DNA from: a virus
DNA length: 64,000 nucleotides
Direction: 5' to 3' (one strand)
Virus record (IMG/VR): IMGVR_UViG_3300020473_002209
Location: 32,001 to 96,000 of that record
The translations under genes and the position numbers were made by a program. Under the pieces are notes generated by a model. It made no database searches. It saw only the letters and a list, made by a program, of their open reading frames with translations, and had not been told where the DNA came from. Below are positions 11,201 through 19,700 of this stretch, one piece after another (the first letter of the stretch is position 1; each line of letters opens with the position of its first letter).

Positions 11201-11480
11201 CAAGAGACAAGTTGTTGCAGTCGCTGACAAGATTCTGTTCGAGCCCAACAACGACGCTACCCGCGCTCGTTTCATCGGTCAGGTCACACCGCTTCTCGCG
11301 ACGATTCAGTCCCAGCAGGGTATTGAGTCTTTCAAGGTCGTGATGGATGGTAGCAACAATACAACAGAAGATGTTGAGAACAACAGACTAAACGGACGCA
11401 TTGTTGTCGTACCCACTAGAGCAATCGAATTTATTGCTATAGATTTTATCATAACAAACAGTGGCGTAGATTTTGCGTAG
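8229..11480 (+). CDS. Tail sheath protein 1
   Basis: SPGFFEREID N-terminus; PWFAPAGFNRG, RINPI, GQKT, LDRVNVRR, FEPN and PTRAIEFI sheath C-terminal motifs. Confidence 0.92.
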   Translation: MAEQTFRSPGFFEREIDATARETSIVGTPAGVVGTAQKGPAFVPVTVGSMTDFINKFGDIDTNRFGPYAVQAFLANRTALTYMRVLGAGANETTTDIENTQNKGIVKNAGFKIVPATSQWNIDTALGASVGKYDDSCVQFLVAKHYVSGATDYSHPMFVDNPSFDSSGGDNVNLVRGVIFTASGSRMQILDIGETWTNILDSRASLLESNLFALAVSSSRGGAYTTQYGVTDKYGAKVAGPGVNIMTASLDPSSNNYISKVLNTDPLKFYEHQHLLYLDFAVEAEIAGLLEGSAGCIGLLSGSQDQLNNAIDGKALGSFGRFDTRYTTAQTPMIFSQPYGGTEYELFHFESLSDGEYANDNVKITIANLRASTDGNYPYPEFEVQVRKFDDSDMDPKVLETYPACNLDPGSENFIARKIGDYKARYNFDADSDAEKRIIVTGRYANVSNFVRVVMKEAVYNRLIPKDACPFGFEGLPVLKTTDSMTDNAANLKENGVVYGNVVDDTDSPGGRMWGAGDSDEANAGAALLRSIVPPLPFRFKITRGNVKNNYSGMAGDPSSREIVDRRLNWGVKWSRCPETGSMDNANLNVNASNIANPLIKAYAKMNGISLLDTVVTGSGKNAFNANKFTLARVALVGTGSGGSAKTLYWLTGSGEEVMKEACYIRNGVPDSQNYVIMDPDKTNQGRVTLATLVQSSSVKFNRFTAYTAFNIPMYGGFDGVNILNKEMYYMTDRAASTDATTGGFTGYASDEFDQGTIGLSPSYSDGSLANQSGQGRLNNSIAAYRKAAEIMTDAMTTRINILAIPGIRDAYVTDHAALKTKEYSMAMYVMDIPSWTESETRLFGGEDSSKIASASYSLPDVRETAEQFESRVFDNNYTAAYFPDVYITDSTTMNKVQVPASVAVMSALGYNDKVAYPWFAPAGFNRGGLGIVSNTAVRLTAGDRDDLYDARINPIANFSDGSFVIFGQKTCQLAKSALDRVNVRRMLLEVKRQVVAVADKILFEPNNDATRARFIGQVTPLLATIQSQQGIESFKVVMDGSNNTTEDVENNRLNGRIVVVPTRAIEFIAIDFIITNSGVDFA

Positions 11481-11481
11481 T

Positions 11482-11488
11482 ATAGTTA
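11482..11488 (+). promoter_or_regulatory. Putative late promoter (ATAGTTA)
   Basis: Intergenic, upstream of sheath 2. Confidence 0.55.
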
Positions 11489-11515
11489 AAAAGAGATTAC
11501 AGGAGATTATTTCAA

Positions 11516-14500
11516 ATGGCTGAACTTACATTTAAGAGCCCGGGTGTTTCTACCAAAGAAATAGACCTTTCGGGTCCGACAGTAACCGGACCGAGCGGAG
11601 TACCAGCTGGAGTTATCGGAACAGCAGATCAAGGACGAGCATTTGTTCCCATAACAATGGCGACTTTCTCTGATTTTGTGGCTGAATTTGGTAACACCGA
11701 TGGCACGAAATTCGGTCCAATGGCAATGAGGCAGTGGTTGCAATATACCCAGGCGGGAACCTATCTTAGGGTTCTGGGCGCTGGTGACGGCAAGAAGAGA
11801 GCAGCATCAGGTGCTGTAACAAATGCTGGCTTTATTGTCGGTGAGCAACTCCCCAAAGGAAACGGAATCTTGGGTAGGAATACCTACGCTGGTGCAGGCA
11901 CATCGGGCGGCGGTGCTCTTGGTCGTGCTTCGTTTCTGGCAGTTTGTATGTCTGCCCCTGATGGTACTACTCTCCCAAATACATCGAACACTTATCTTAC
12001 AGAAGCCGGCCTCCAGGCAAGCCAGCCAATTCTTAGAGGAGTTATTCTCGCTGCGTCTGGTGTTTTACCAGCGCTGAGTGCTTCTAGAGCTGCAACTGCA
12101 ACTGCTTCCACCGGTAGTCGTGGCGAAGCTGGATACGGCGGTGGTCTTTTCTCTGGGAATAATATTCCTCTCGGGGCCCCAACAGCTCAGAACCTCTGTG
12201 CAGCCACATCGTTTGGTACTGCTGCGACTAAGAACGCTGGTTCTACACTCGGGGCTGTTGATATCGCTGGTGGAAAGCAAGAATTCGTCCTTTTATTAAA
12301 TGGCCACACGCATACAGACTCATTCCCCACAGTTATTACTGCATCATTCGATCCGCAGGCACCGAATTACCTTGCTAATGTTCTTAATACTGACCCTATG
12401 GACCTTCAGAAGGCGGGCCACTATCTTTACACTCACTATCCTGTATACAGCAGCTTTGCGGTTCCAACCGGCTCTGGTTTGATGAACTACAATTATGAGC
12501 CTGCCGTAGACGGACTAGTGGGGTCAACGCAAAAGAAGATGGAAGACATCGCGTTCTTGGTTACTTCTTCGCTTGGAAGAAATGCTGGCAGCGCTACGAT
12601 CCCCAACTTTGAAGGATTCCGTGATCGGTTCCGCACTGCTGCGGCACCAAAAGTTATATCTCAAAATTACGGTGGTTCACCAAAGGACCTATTCCGTATC
12701 TGGTGTTTGGACGATGGCGCTATTGGGAACCACCGTGTTAAGATTTCTATCGACAACATCGTGAAATCGACAAATGTTAACAACAAGTATTGTGTATTCG
12801 ATCTTGCAGTTAGAGACTTTGAAGATACTGATGACCTTCCCGTAGTTATCGAGAAATTCCCCAAGCTTTCTCTCAATCCTCTCGATGAAAGATACATCGC
12901 CAGAGTAATCGGTGACTATCACCTGTATTATGACTTTGACAAGAGGGTAGGCTCTCAGAAGCTTGTTGTTGAGGGAAGCTATCCTAACCGTTCGAACTAT
13001 ATCCGCGTCGAACCGGTAGACGCTCTTGATAAGGGCGAAATCCCCGCTGATGCAGTACCTTGCGGTTTCCGCGGTATTGATCACCTCGTGACTTCTGGTT
13101 CGAGCATCTTTAAGATGCAATCGGCCGACTTCGCGGGAGACATTGGTCTTGGTGCATTTGCAAGTGCAGACATAGTTCAACCACCTGTTCCACTGCGTTC
13201 AACGGTTGCTAGAGGGCTGTCACCACGCAAAGTCCTTGCATCTCAACTCTACTGGGGTATCCAGTTTGAGAAGAAGCAAAACAGGAAAGAGCCGAATAAG
13301 AGCACTGTTTACGACGGTTCTATGGAGCAGTGGGGCACGTATTTCCCAAATTACGCACAGACTACACAGGCTGCCTTAGTGGGAGATAACGCTGGTGTTG
13401 CCGACGCGGGTGGTACGATTCTTGACTGTGACCGCTTTAACAATAACAAGTTCTCGCTTGAGAATATTCAGGTTATCGTAACCTCTGCCGATAAAGCAGA
13501 TTCGAGCCAGTGGGCAGCCGCGACGTATCGTCGGAACGGCGCAGCAGAAAGTATGGAAGACGTTGATGGTACTACAAAGACAACAGCGTCAGGGCTTACG
13601 AGACTTCTTAGCGTAGAAAAAGACTTCGGCCTTTCCTCGGCAAGAAAATTCCTCAAGTTCTCATTCCTTGCGCAAGGTGGCTTTGACGGATTAAACATCT
13701 TTGATAGAAATAAGTTCGAAATGACTTCTACTGCCTGTAAGAGAGAGATGGATGATTCGGAACAGGGCGAGACAAACGGTCCCACTGTTGCTAGTTACCG
13801 AAAGGCGCTAGACATTCTTGAGCAAAGAGCAGACGTAAATATCCAACTCCTCGCGATTCCCGGAATACGTCATGAGTCTGTAACTGACTACGCAATCACG
13901 ACTGTTGAAGATCGCTTCGATGCGCTCTACATCATGGATATTGAGCAAACTGATACTCTTGGAAAAGTAGTGACAGGCTCAGCTTCCATCGTCAGTGTTA
14001 CGAATACAGTGGCAGATTTCCAAAGTCGAAATCTTGACTCTTCATTCGCAGCTGCATACTTCCCTGACGTTATCATGGAAGAAGTGAATACAGGCGGAAA
14101 TGTTGTGGCGCCAGCTAGTGTTGCGGTCCTTGGGGCATTTGGTCTAAATGATAAGATCGCATATCCCTGGTTCGCTCCAGCCGGTTTCACACGTGGCGCT
14201 CTTAAGCATGTTAGAGAAGCTAGCGTGAAGCTGAACAGAGACAACCTCGATGCACTGTACGATGTGGATATCAATCCAATCACTGCATTCCCTCAATCGA
14301 AGGAAGTTGTTGTCTTTGGTCAGAAAACACTTCTTGCAGCTCAGAGCGCTCTCGATCGAGTCAATGTTCGTCGCCTGCTAATCGATATTCGACGCCAGGT
14401 ACGTGCTATCGGAGATACATTCCTCTTCGAGCCAAACAGAGAAGCAACGCTTGCAAGATTCTCTGCCGCGGTTAACCCGATCCTCGCAAGAATACAGCAA

Positions 14501-14665
14501 CAGCAGGGTCTTGAGAGATTCAAGGTTCAGATTGATGCAACAACTACAACACAGGCTGATATTGAGAATAATACAGTAAGAGGAAAGATATTCTTACAGC
14601 CTGTCCGTTCGGTCGAATTTATATCACTAGATTTCGTGGTAACTAATGCCGGCATGGACATTTAA
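11516..14665 (+). CDS. Tail sheath protein 2 (paralogue)
   Basis: SPGVSTKEIDLS; PWFAPAGFTRG, INPI, GQKTL, LDRVNVRRLL, FEPN, PVRSVEFI. Confidence 0.92.
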   Translation: MAELTFKSPGVSTKEIDLSGPTVTGPSGVPAGVIGTADQGRAFVPITMATFSDFVAEFGNTDGTKFGPMAMRQWLQYTQAGTYLRVLGAGDGKKRAASGAVTNAGFIVGEQLPKGNGILGRNTYAGAGTSGGGALGRASFLAVCMSAPDGTTLPNTSNTYLTEAGLQASQPILRGVILAASGVLPALSASRAATATASTGSRGEAGYGGGLFSGNNIPLGAPTAQNLCAATSFGTAATKNAGSTLGAVDIAGGKQEFVLLLNGHTHTDSFPTVITASFDPQAPNYLANVLNTDPMDLQKAGHYLYTHYPVYSSFAVPTGSGLMNYNYEPAVDGLVGSTQKKMEDIAFLVTSSLGRNAGSATIPNFEGFRDRFRTAAAPKVISQNYGGSPKDLFRIWCLDDGAIGNHRVKISIDNIVKSTNVNNKYCVFDLAVRDFEDTDDLPVVIEKFPKLSLNPLDERYIARVIGDYHLYYDFDKRVGSQKLVVEGSYPNRSNYIRVEPVDALDKGEIPADAVPCGFRGIDHLVTSGSSIFKMQSADFAGDIGLGAFASADIVQPPVPLRSTVARGLSPRKVLASQLYWGIQFEKKQNRKEPNKSTVYDGSMEQWGTYFPNYAQTTQAALVGDNAGVADAGGTILDCDRFNNNKFSLENIQVIVTSADKADSSQWAAATYRRNGAAESMEDVDGTTKTTASGLTRLLSVEKDFGLSSARKFLKFSFLAQGGFDGLNIFDRNKFEMTSTACKREMDDSEQGETNGPTVASYRKALDILEQRADVNIQLLAIPGIRHESVTDYAITTVEDRFDALYIMDIEQTDTLGKVVTGSASIVSVTNTVADFQSRNLDSSFAAAYFPDVIMEEVNTGGNVVAPASVAVLGAFGLNDKIAYPWFAPAGFTRGALKHVREASVKLNRDNLDALYDVDINPITAFPQSKEVVVFGQKTLLAAQSALDRVNVRRLLIDIRRQVRAIGDTFLFEPNREATLARFSAAVNPILARIQQQQGLERFKVQIDATTTTQADIENNTVRGKIFLQPVRSVEFISLDFVVTNAGMDI

Positions 14666-14677
14666 TTCAAGAACTAT

Positions 14678-14684
14678 ATAGTTA
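14678..14684 (+). promoter_or_regulatory. Putative late promoter (ATAGTTA)
   Basis: Intergenic, upstream of the tube gene; overlaps the palindrome AACTATATAGTT. Confidence 0.55.
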
Positions 14685-14708
14685 AATAAGAACAAGGAGT
14701 AAATCAAA

Positions 14709-15197
14709 ATGCCAGAAACATTATCAGTTACCGATATGTTGCCGAACAAGTTCGAGCCGAAAAGAAAATTTAGGTGGGTGTTCGCAATTGAAGGTATTGA
14801 CGCATTTTTGATCAAGACGGCTGCTCGCCCTACAATGAACACCGCTGAGGTTGAAATTCCCTTTATTAACTCTACCCGCTTTATTGCTGGTAAGACGAAG
14901 TTCGACGCTTTATCAGTCACACTTCACGATCCGATTGCTCCTTCAGGTGCACAGCAGGTTATGGAATGGGTTCGTACCCACTATGAATCTGTCTCTGGTC
15001 GCGGTGGTTATGCTGACTTCTATAAGCGCGATTGCCAGCTTAAGCTGCTTGACCCCGTAGGTACGGTGGTTGAACTTTGGGATATGAAAGGATGCTTCCT
15101 AACCTCAGCCGCTTTCGGTGACCTGGACTATGGTTCAGAAGATCCGGCAGAAATCTCATTGTCGATTCGTTTTGATAACTGTGTACTTCAATACTGA
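14709..15197 (+). CDS. Tail tube protein (gp19-like)
   Basis: 162 aa after the sheaths; EPKRKFRW, YKRDCQLKLLDPVG.VVE.W...G.F and GDLDY motifs. Confidence 0.88.
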   Translation: MPETLSVTDMLPNKFEPKRKFRWVFAIEGIDAFLIKTAARPTMNTAEVEIPFINSTRFIAGKTKFDALSVTLHDPIAPSGAQQVMEWVRTHYESVSGRGGYADFYKRDCQLKLLDPVGTVVELWDMKGCFLTSAAFGDLDYGSEDPAEISLSIRFDNCVLQY

Positions 15198-15218
15198 TTA
15201 TCGAAAACAATCTATCCT

Positions 15219-15249
15219 AAAGAGAGCGTGTTATCACGCTCTTTTTTTT
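15219..15249 (+). terminator. Rho-independent terminator
   Basis: AAAGAGAGCGTG-TTAT-CACGCTCTTTTT stem-loop with poly-T. Confidence 0.85.
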
Positions 15250-15310
15250 GTTTACAGTGAAGTATCGAAGTTTAAGATAATCATAATGTTGTTAAGCATG
15301 AGGTGTATTT

Positions 15311-16171
15311 ATGTCAACTGAACAAGGCGGCGGCCCCGGCGGCCCAGAGAGAAGCGAAATTTTCGGATCCATGAAGGGACACATGCCCTCCCGAAATGTT
15401 ATGAAGGATGATTTCGGGTTTGAGATTCCTGTTGAAGTTGTTCCTCTCCCATCTGGTGGTAAGTGTTATGATGCCGAGCATCCGCTTTATGGTCAACAGA
15501 CCGTTGAAATAAGAGCCATGACAGCCCGTGAAGAAGATATTCTTACTTCAAAAGCTCTCATTAAGAAGGGTACCGTTATTAGTCATCTTCTAAAGTCATG
15601 TATGATTGATAAGCGTGTTAATCCTGATACAATGTTGGCTGGTGACAGAAACGCAATCATGGTCGCGATGCGCGTGACAGGTTATGGCGCAGCCTATAAT
15701 GTGGAAGTTGATTGCCCTGCATGCGGTGAGCGCTCTAAGCAGTCATTTAATCTTGGTGAATTACCAATTAAGCGATTAGATATTGAGCCTGCTGTTGAAG
15801 GAACGAATCTGTTTGAAGTACAGCTTCCTGTTACTAAGGCGAAATGTCGTTATAAGCTCCTCACTGGTACTGATGAGCAAGACATTATGATCGCTTCCGA
15901 AAGAAGAAAGAAGCAAGGTCAAAGAAGCGAAAACCTTATTACTTCACGCTTACGTTCTTCAATCGTTTCCGTAAACGGCGTTAGCGATCGTACTAAGCTT
16001 GACATGTTTGTATCGAGTCTACCGGCAAGAGACTCGTTGTTCCTAAGAAAGCATATTGATAAAAATGAACCTGGTATTGATATGACGTCCTGGATGGATT
16101 GTCCTTCCTGCTTGGAACACTCGGAGGTTAGACTGCCCCTGGGGGCGGCGTTTTTTTGGCCTGACGAATAG
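15311..16171 (+). CDS. Tail assembly chaperone / baseplate hub assembly protein (gp26-like, Zn ribbon)
   Basis: LPSGG..Y, MTAREEDILTS, CPACG and CPSC, C-terminal FFWP; between tube and tape measure. Confidence 0.75.
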   Translation: MSTEQGGGPGGPERSEIFGSMKGHMPSRNVMKDDFGFEIPVEVVPLPSGGKCYDAEHPLYGQQTVEIRAMTAREEDILTSKALIKKGTVISHLLKSCMIDKRVNPDTMLAGDRNAIMVAMRVTGYGAAYNVEVDCPACGERSKQSFNLGELPIKRLDIEPAVEGTNLFEVQLPVTKAKCRYKLLTGTDEQDIMIASERRKKQGQRSENLITSRLRSSIVSVNGVSDRTKLDMFVSSLPARDSLFLRKHIDKNEPGIDMTSWMDCPSCLEHSEVRLPLGAAFFWPDE

Positions 16172-16202
16172 CACCAAAGAAATATTCCTCGAGCAGATTT
16201 TC

Positions 16203-16415
16203 TTGTTGATGTACTACATGGGGTTTTCCTATGTGGAAGGCTACAATTGCCCAATATGGATGCGCCATTGGTTTATCAAGCGGCTTAACGATGAGATAAA
16301 GAAGTCCAATGGTAAGCAGTCATCTCATGCTGCCCACCAAAACAGTCCTGACGCTAGAGCGATGATGGGAAGATATCGTTCCCAAGTACCAGCAAAATTG
16401 CGTAGATTTACATAG
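16203..16415 (+). CDS. Second chaperone ORF, probably a frameshift extension of 15311-16171
   Basis: No clear RBS; its frame is open back to the T7 run at 16151-16157. Confidence 0.6.
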   Translation: MLMYYMGFSYVEGYNCPIWMRHWFIKRLNDEIKKSNGKQSSHAAHQNSPDARAMMGRYRSQVPAKLRRFT

Positions 16416-16435
16416 TTATTGTAGAGGTGGTAAAA

Positions 16436-16684
16436 ATGGATCCAGTTAAACGACAGTTTCTAAAAGATTGCGCAAGATACATTCGAGGTGAAATAACCGA
16501 AATTAGGCTTAATGGCCCAAAGAAGACCATAAAGTTGTTCGCAGAAGCGTTGAGAGAGTCAAGGAACCTCTATACTGCTCTACACGGTAACAAGAAGATT
16601 TCAGATGTAATGCCGATTTTGGAATCCAAGAAATTTGCAACATCCAAGCTACGAAAAGCTACCGGGTTTGTGTGGCCTTTTTAA
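16436..16684 (+). CDS. Hypothetical protein
   Basis: GAGGTGG RBS before the ATG at 16436; ATAGTTA motif at 16412-16418. Confidence 0.6.
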   Translation: MDPVKRQFLKDCARYIRGEITEIRLNGPKKTIKLFAEALRESRNLYTALHGNKKISDVMPILESKKFATSKLRKATGFVWPF

Positions 16685-16761
16685 TGGTTGTTTTTTATGG
16701 TGCGTAGATTTCTATTTACCATACTTATAGCAAGGTATTAGGCTTACTTAGAGTGGTTTAG

Positions 16762-19700
16762 ATGGCAGATGACACAAAAGAAGCACAAGCGCAATTAGAT
16801 ATACAGAATCAGATCAACCAGGTTCTTGCTGAACGTGCTGGAATTCTTGATGCGCAAGCCAAACAACTGTCAGGACAAGTCCAGCTTGCAGCTGAATTGT
16901 GCAAAGCTTTAGAGTGCAAAGATCTAGAGCAAGTCTCATCAAGACTTGAAGAGATAAATTCAGGCTTGAAAGATGCCGCTAACAACGCGAGTAGTTTTTC
17001 CTCAGCTGGTGGCGCGATTCAGCAGTCAATGGACCAGGGCGGCGTTGCAACACAATCCGCGATGAGTAAAGTAAGCGACTTTGTAAACGAGCTTGACACC
17101 ACCAAAGTCGCTGCCGCTGGAGCAGCTGTAGGAATTAGTAAGGGTATGAAGAGCGCCGGCGCCTCTATTCAGATGGCCGCCGCGAGCGCCATTCAGATGG
17201 CTAAGAATTTAGCTGCTGTCGGTAAGTCTATTATATCAATGCCATTTAAGATGCTTGGCGGTCTAACAGATATGGCTGCAGCTGGTGGCGGAGGTGTGTC
17301 TGCTTTAAGACAAGAGATGGAAAAGGTTCGTGGGGAATTTGGCGACCTCGCAACCGGTGAAGGTAAGGCCGTCATGGATGGCTTTAGTGATCTTACTTCT
17401 GCTAGTGGTGCTCTGGCTCAGAGCGGACTTAACGTTTCCCAAGTGTTCGGTCGCGGATCTGCTGGAATGGCAGCAGCGCTAGCAGCTGTGTCTGAGATTG
17501 CGCAAGAAGCAGGCAGCTCTTTCCACATGCTCAGTGAATCAATAGCTGCTAACGCAGGTCAGATGGTGATGATGCAAAAGGGCCTTGGTATGACCAACGC
17601 TTCTTTGGTAGAAATGACCAGACAGGCTCAGCTTGCTGGAAAAGATGTCGGCGAAATGCTGACAGAGACCGCGTCTATGGCAATCAAGATGGGAGACAAG
17701 TTTGGCATCTCTGCAAAGACGATGGGTAAGAACATGGCGTCTCTTACAGAAAACTTTGAGTCGTTAGGTAAGATGAGCACTAAACAGCTTGGTGCGACAG
17801 CTGCGTACATGGCGAAGTTGGGTCTTGAAGCTAAGGATCTCCAGGGAATTGTTGATGGATTTGATAACTTTGAAGACGCCGCCGCCTCAGCTGGTCAGTT
17901 AAATCAAGCATTCGGTATGCAGATCGACGCCATGGAAATGATGAATGAGCAAGATCCTGCTGCTCGGATGGATATGATGCGCGACGCGTTCCATCAGACA
18001 GGAAAATCTGTTGAAGATATGACTCGTCAAGAAAAGGCTCTGCTTGCAGAACAGATGAACTTGTCTGTCTCTGCTATGGAAAATGCTTTAGCAGCTGAAA
18101 ACCAGGGTGTCTCTTATTCCGAATTGTCTGAGGGCGCTGAAGACGCTGAAGAAGAAGCGTTGACTCAAGAGCAAGCCATGTCAAAGCTTGCTGATTCTAT
18201 CGAAAAGATGACAGAGGGAGGGGGTCAAGGCGTTCAGGGATTCTTTGATGCATTTTCCAAGGGCTTCATGAAAGGCCTCAAAGACTCAAAAGCATTCCAA
18301 GACGTCCTTAAGGCAATACGAAAAGCCCTAAAGATTGTTTTCCAGTTTGGTAAGCAAGTAGGTAAGATGTTTGCCGACCTTATGGGCGAGATGGGGGTCT
18401 GGGAAGGGATCAAAGACCTCTTTGACCCCAAAGACTTAAGGAACCTGCTGGGTATCAACGAAAAAGGCGGATTAACAGGAACAGGCTTATTAGGGATTTT
18501 CAAGAAGTTTAAAGACGCTCTGTCTGGAAAGGGAACATACAGCCCTCAGCAGATGGCTGAAGACATGGGCAAAGAATTCTCTAATTTCTTCAGCGCTAAA
18601 GGTCCAGCATTTTCTAAATTAAAGGAAGCTTTTGCAAAAGGTATTCAGATGATTGGTGCAGTAATCGCTGGACTGATTCCGTTTGTCCTTGGTAAGTTGA
18701 CTGATATGATGAATGGCATGGCTGATGCCCTTAGAAACCCATCCGGTCTTGGAGATGCAGCTTCATCTGGTATTGGCGGTGCGATAATCGGTGCGTTAAT
18801 GCAGATTGGTGACGCTCTCATGGCAGCGCTTCCATCCCTCATCGCCGGAATCCTGAATCTCCTATCTGCTGCCGCAATGAACCCGACTGTCTGGAAGGTT
18901 GCTGGTGCATATTTTGGGTTCATGATTATGAAATCACTTCTGATGGGCGCAATTATGGCTGCAAAAGCTGCGCTGTTTCAAGTGGTTGTCGGAAAGATAT
19001 CATCATTAATGACAGGCGCAACAGACAAGGCTGCTGCAGGTGCAGAGAAGGGTGGTAAGAGCGGACAGAAAATGGGTAAAGCATTCAAGAAGGGAATGTC
19101 TAATATGGCTAAGGGCCTGAAGTCATTTGTTCAAAAGATTGCTGAGATTAAGCCCGGTGACATTATGAAAGCAATGATTAACATGACGTTAATGGCTCTT
19201 TCATTCCTCCCCGCGATGGTGGTTTTTGCACTTGGCCTTGTTGCAGTTGCAGCTGTCCTATCTTTAGTTAAATTTAGCACGCTCGTGAAGGGCTTGGTTG
19301 GTATCGCCATGGGAGCAGTGGCTTTGCAGTTCGTTGCAAATGCGGCGATGCTAATACAGCCATCTTTGATTCTACCTGCTATCGTTGGATTACTTGCTGG
19401 CTCTCTTTTACTTGTCGTCGGTGGTGTTGCGTTTACTCTTGCGATGGGAGTAATCGGAATGGCAGTACAGACTGTAGGCGTAGGTACCATTATGGCGGGT
19501 GCACTCGGCTTAGCATCGCTGGCGATTGGGTCTATTGCTGTTGCCTTGGCTCTTATTCCGTTTTCTATTCTTGGTCTTCTCGCTCCCCTTGCAATTCTAG
19601 CTGCTCACGGTCTCCAGATCGGAGCTTGGATGTTAGCTGTAGGTGGTGTCGCCTTCACAGAAGCCGTCGGTGCAATTGGTAACGCCGTTAAAAGTGTTGG

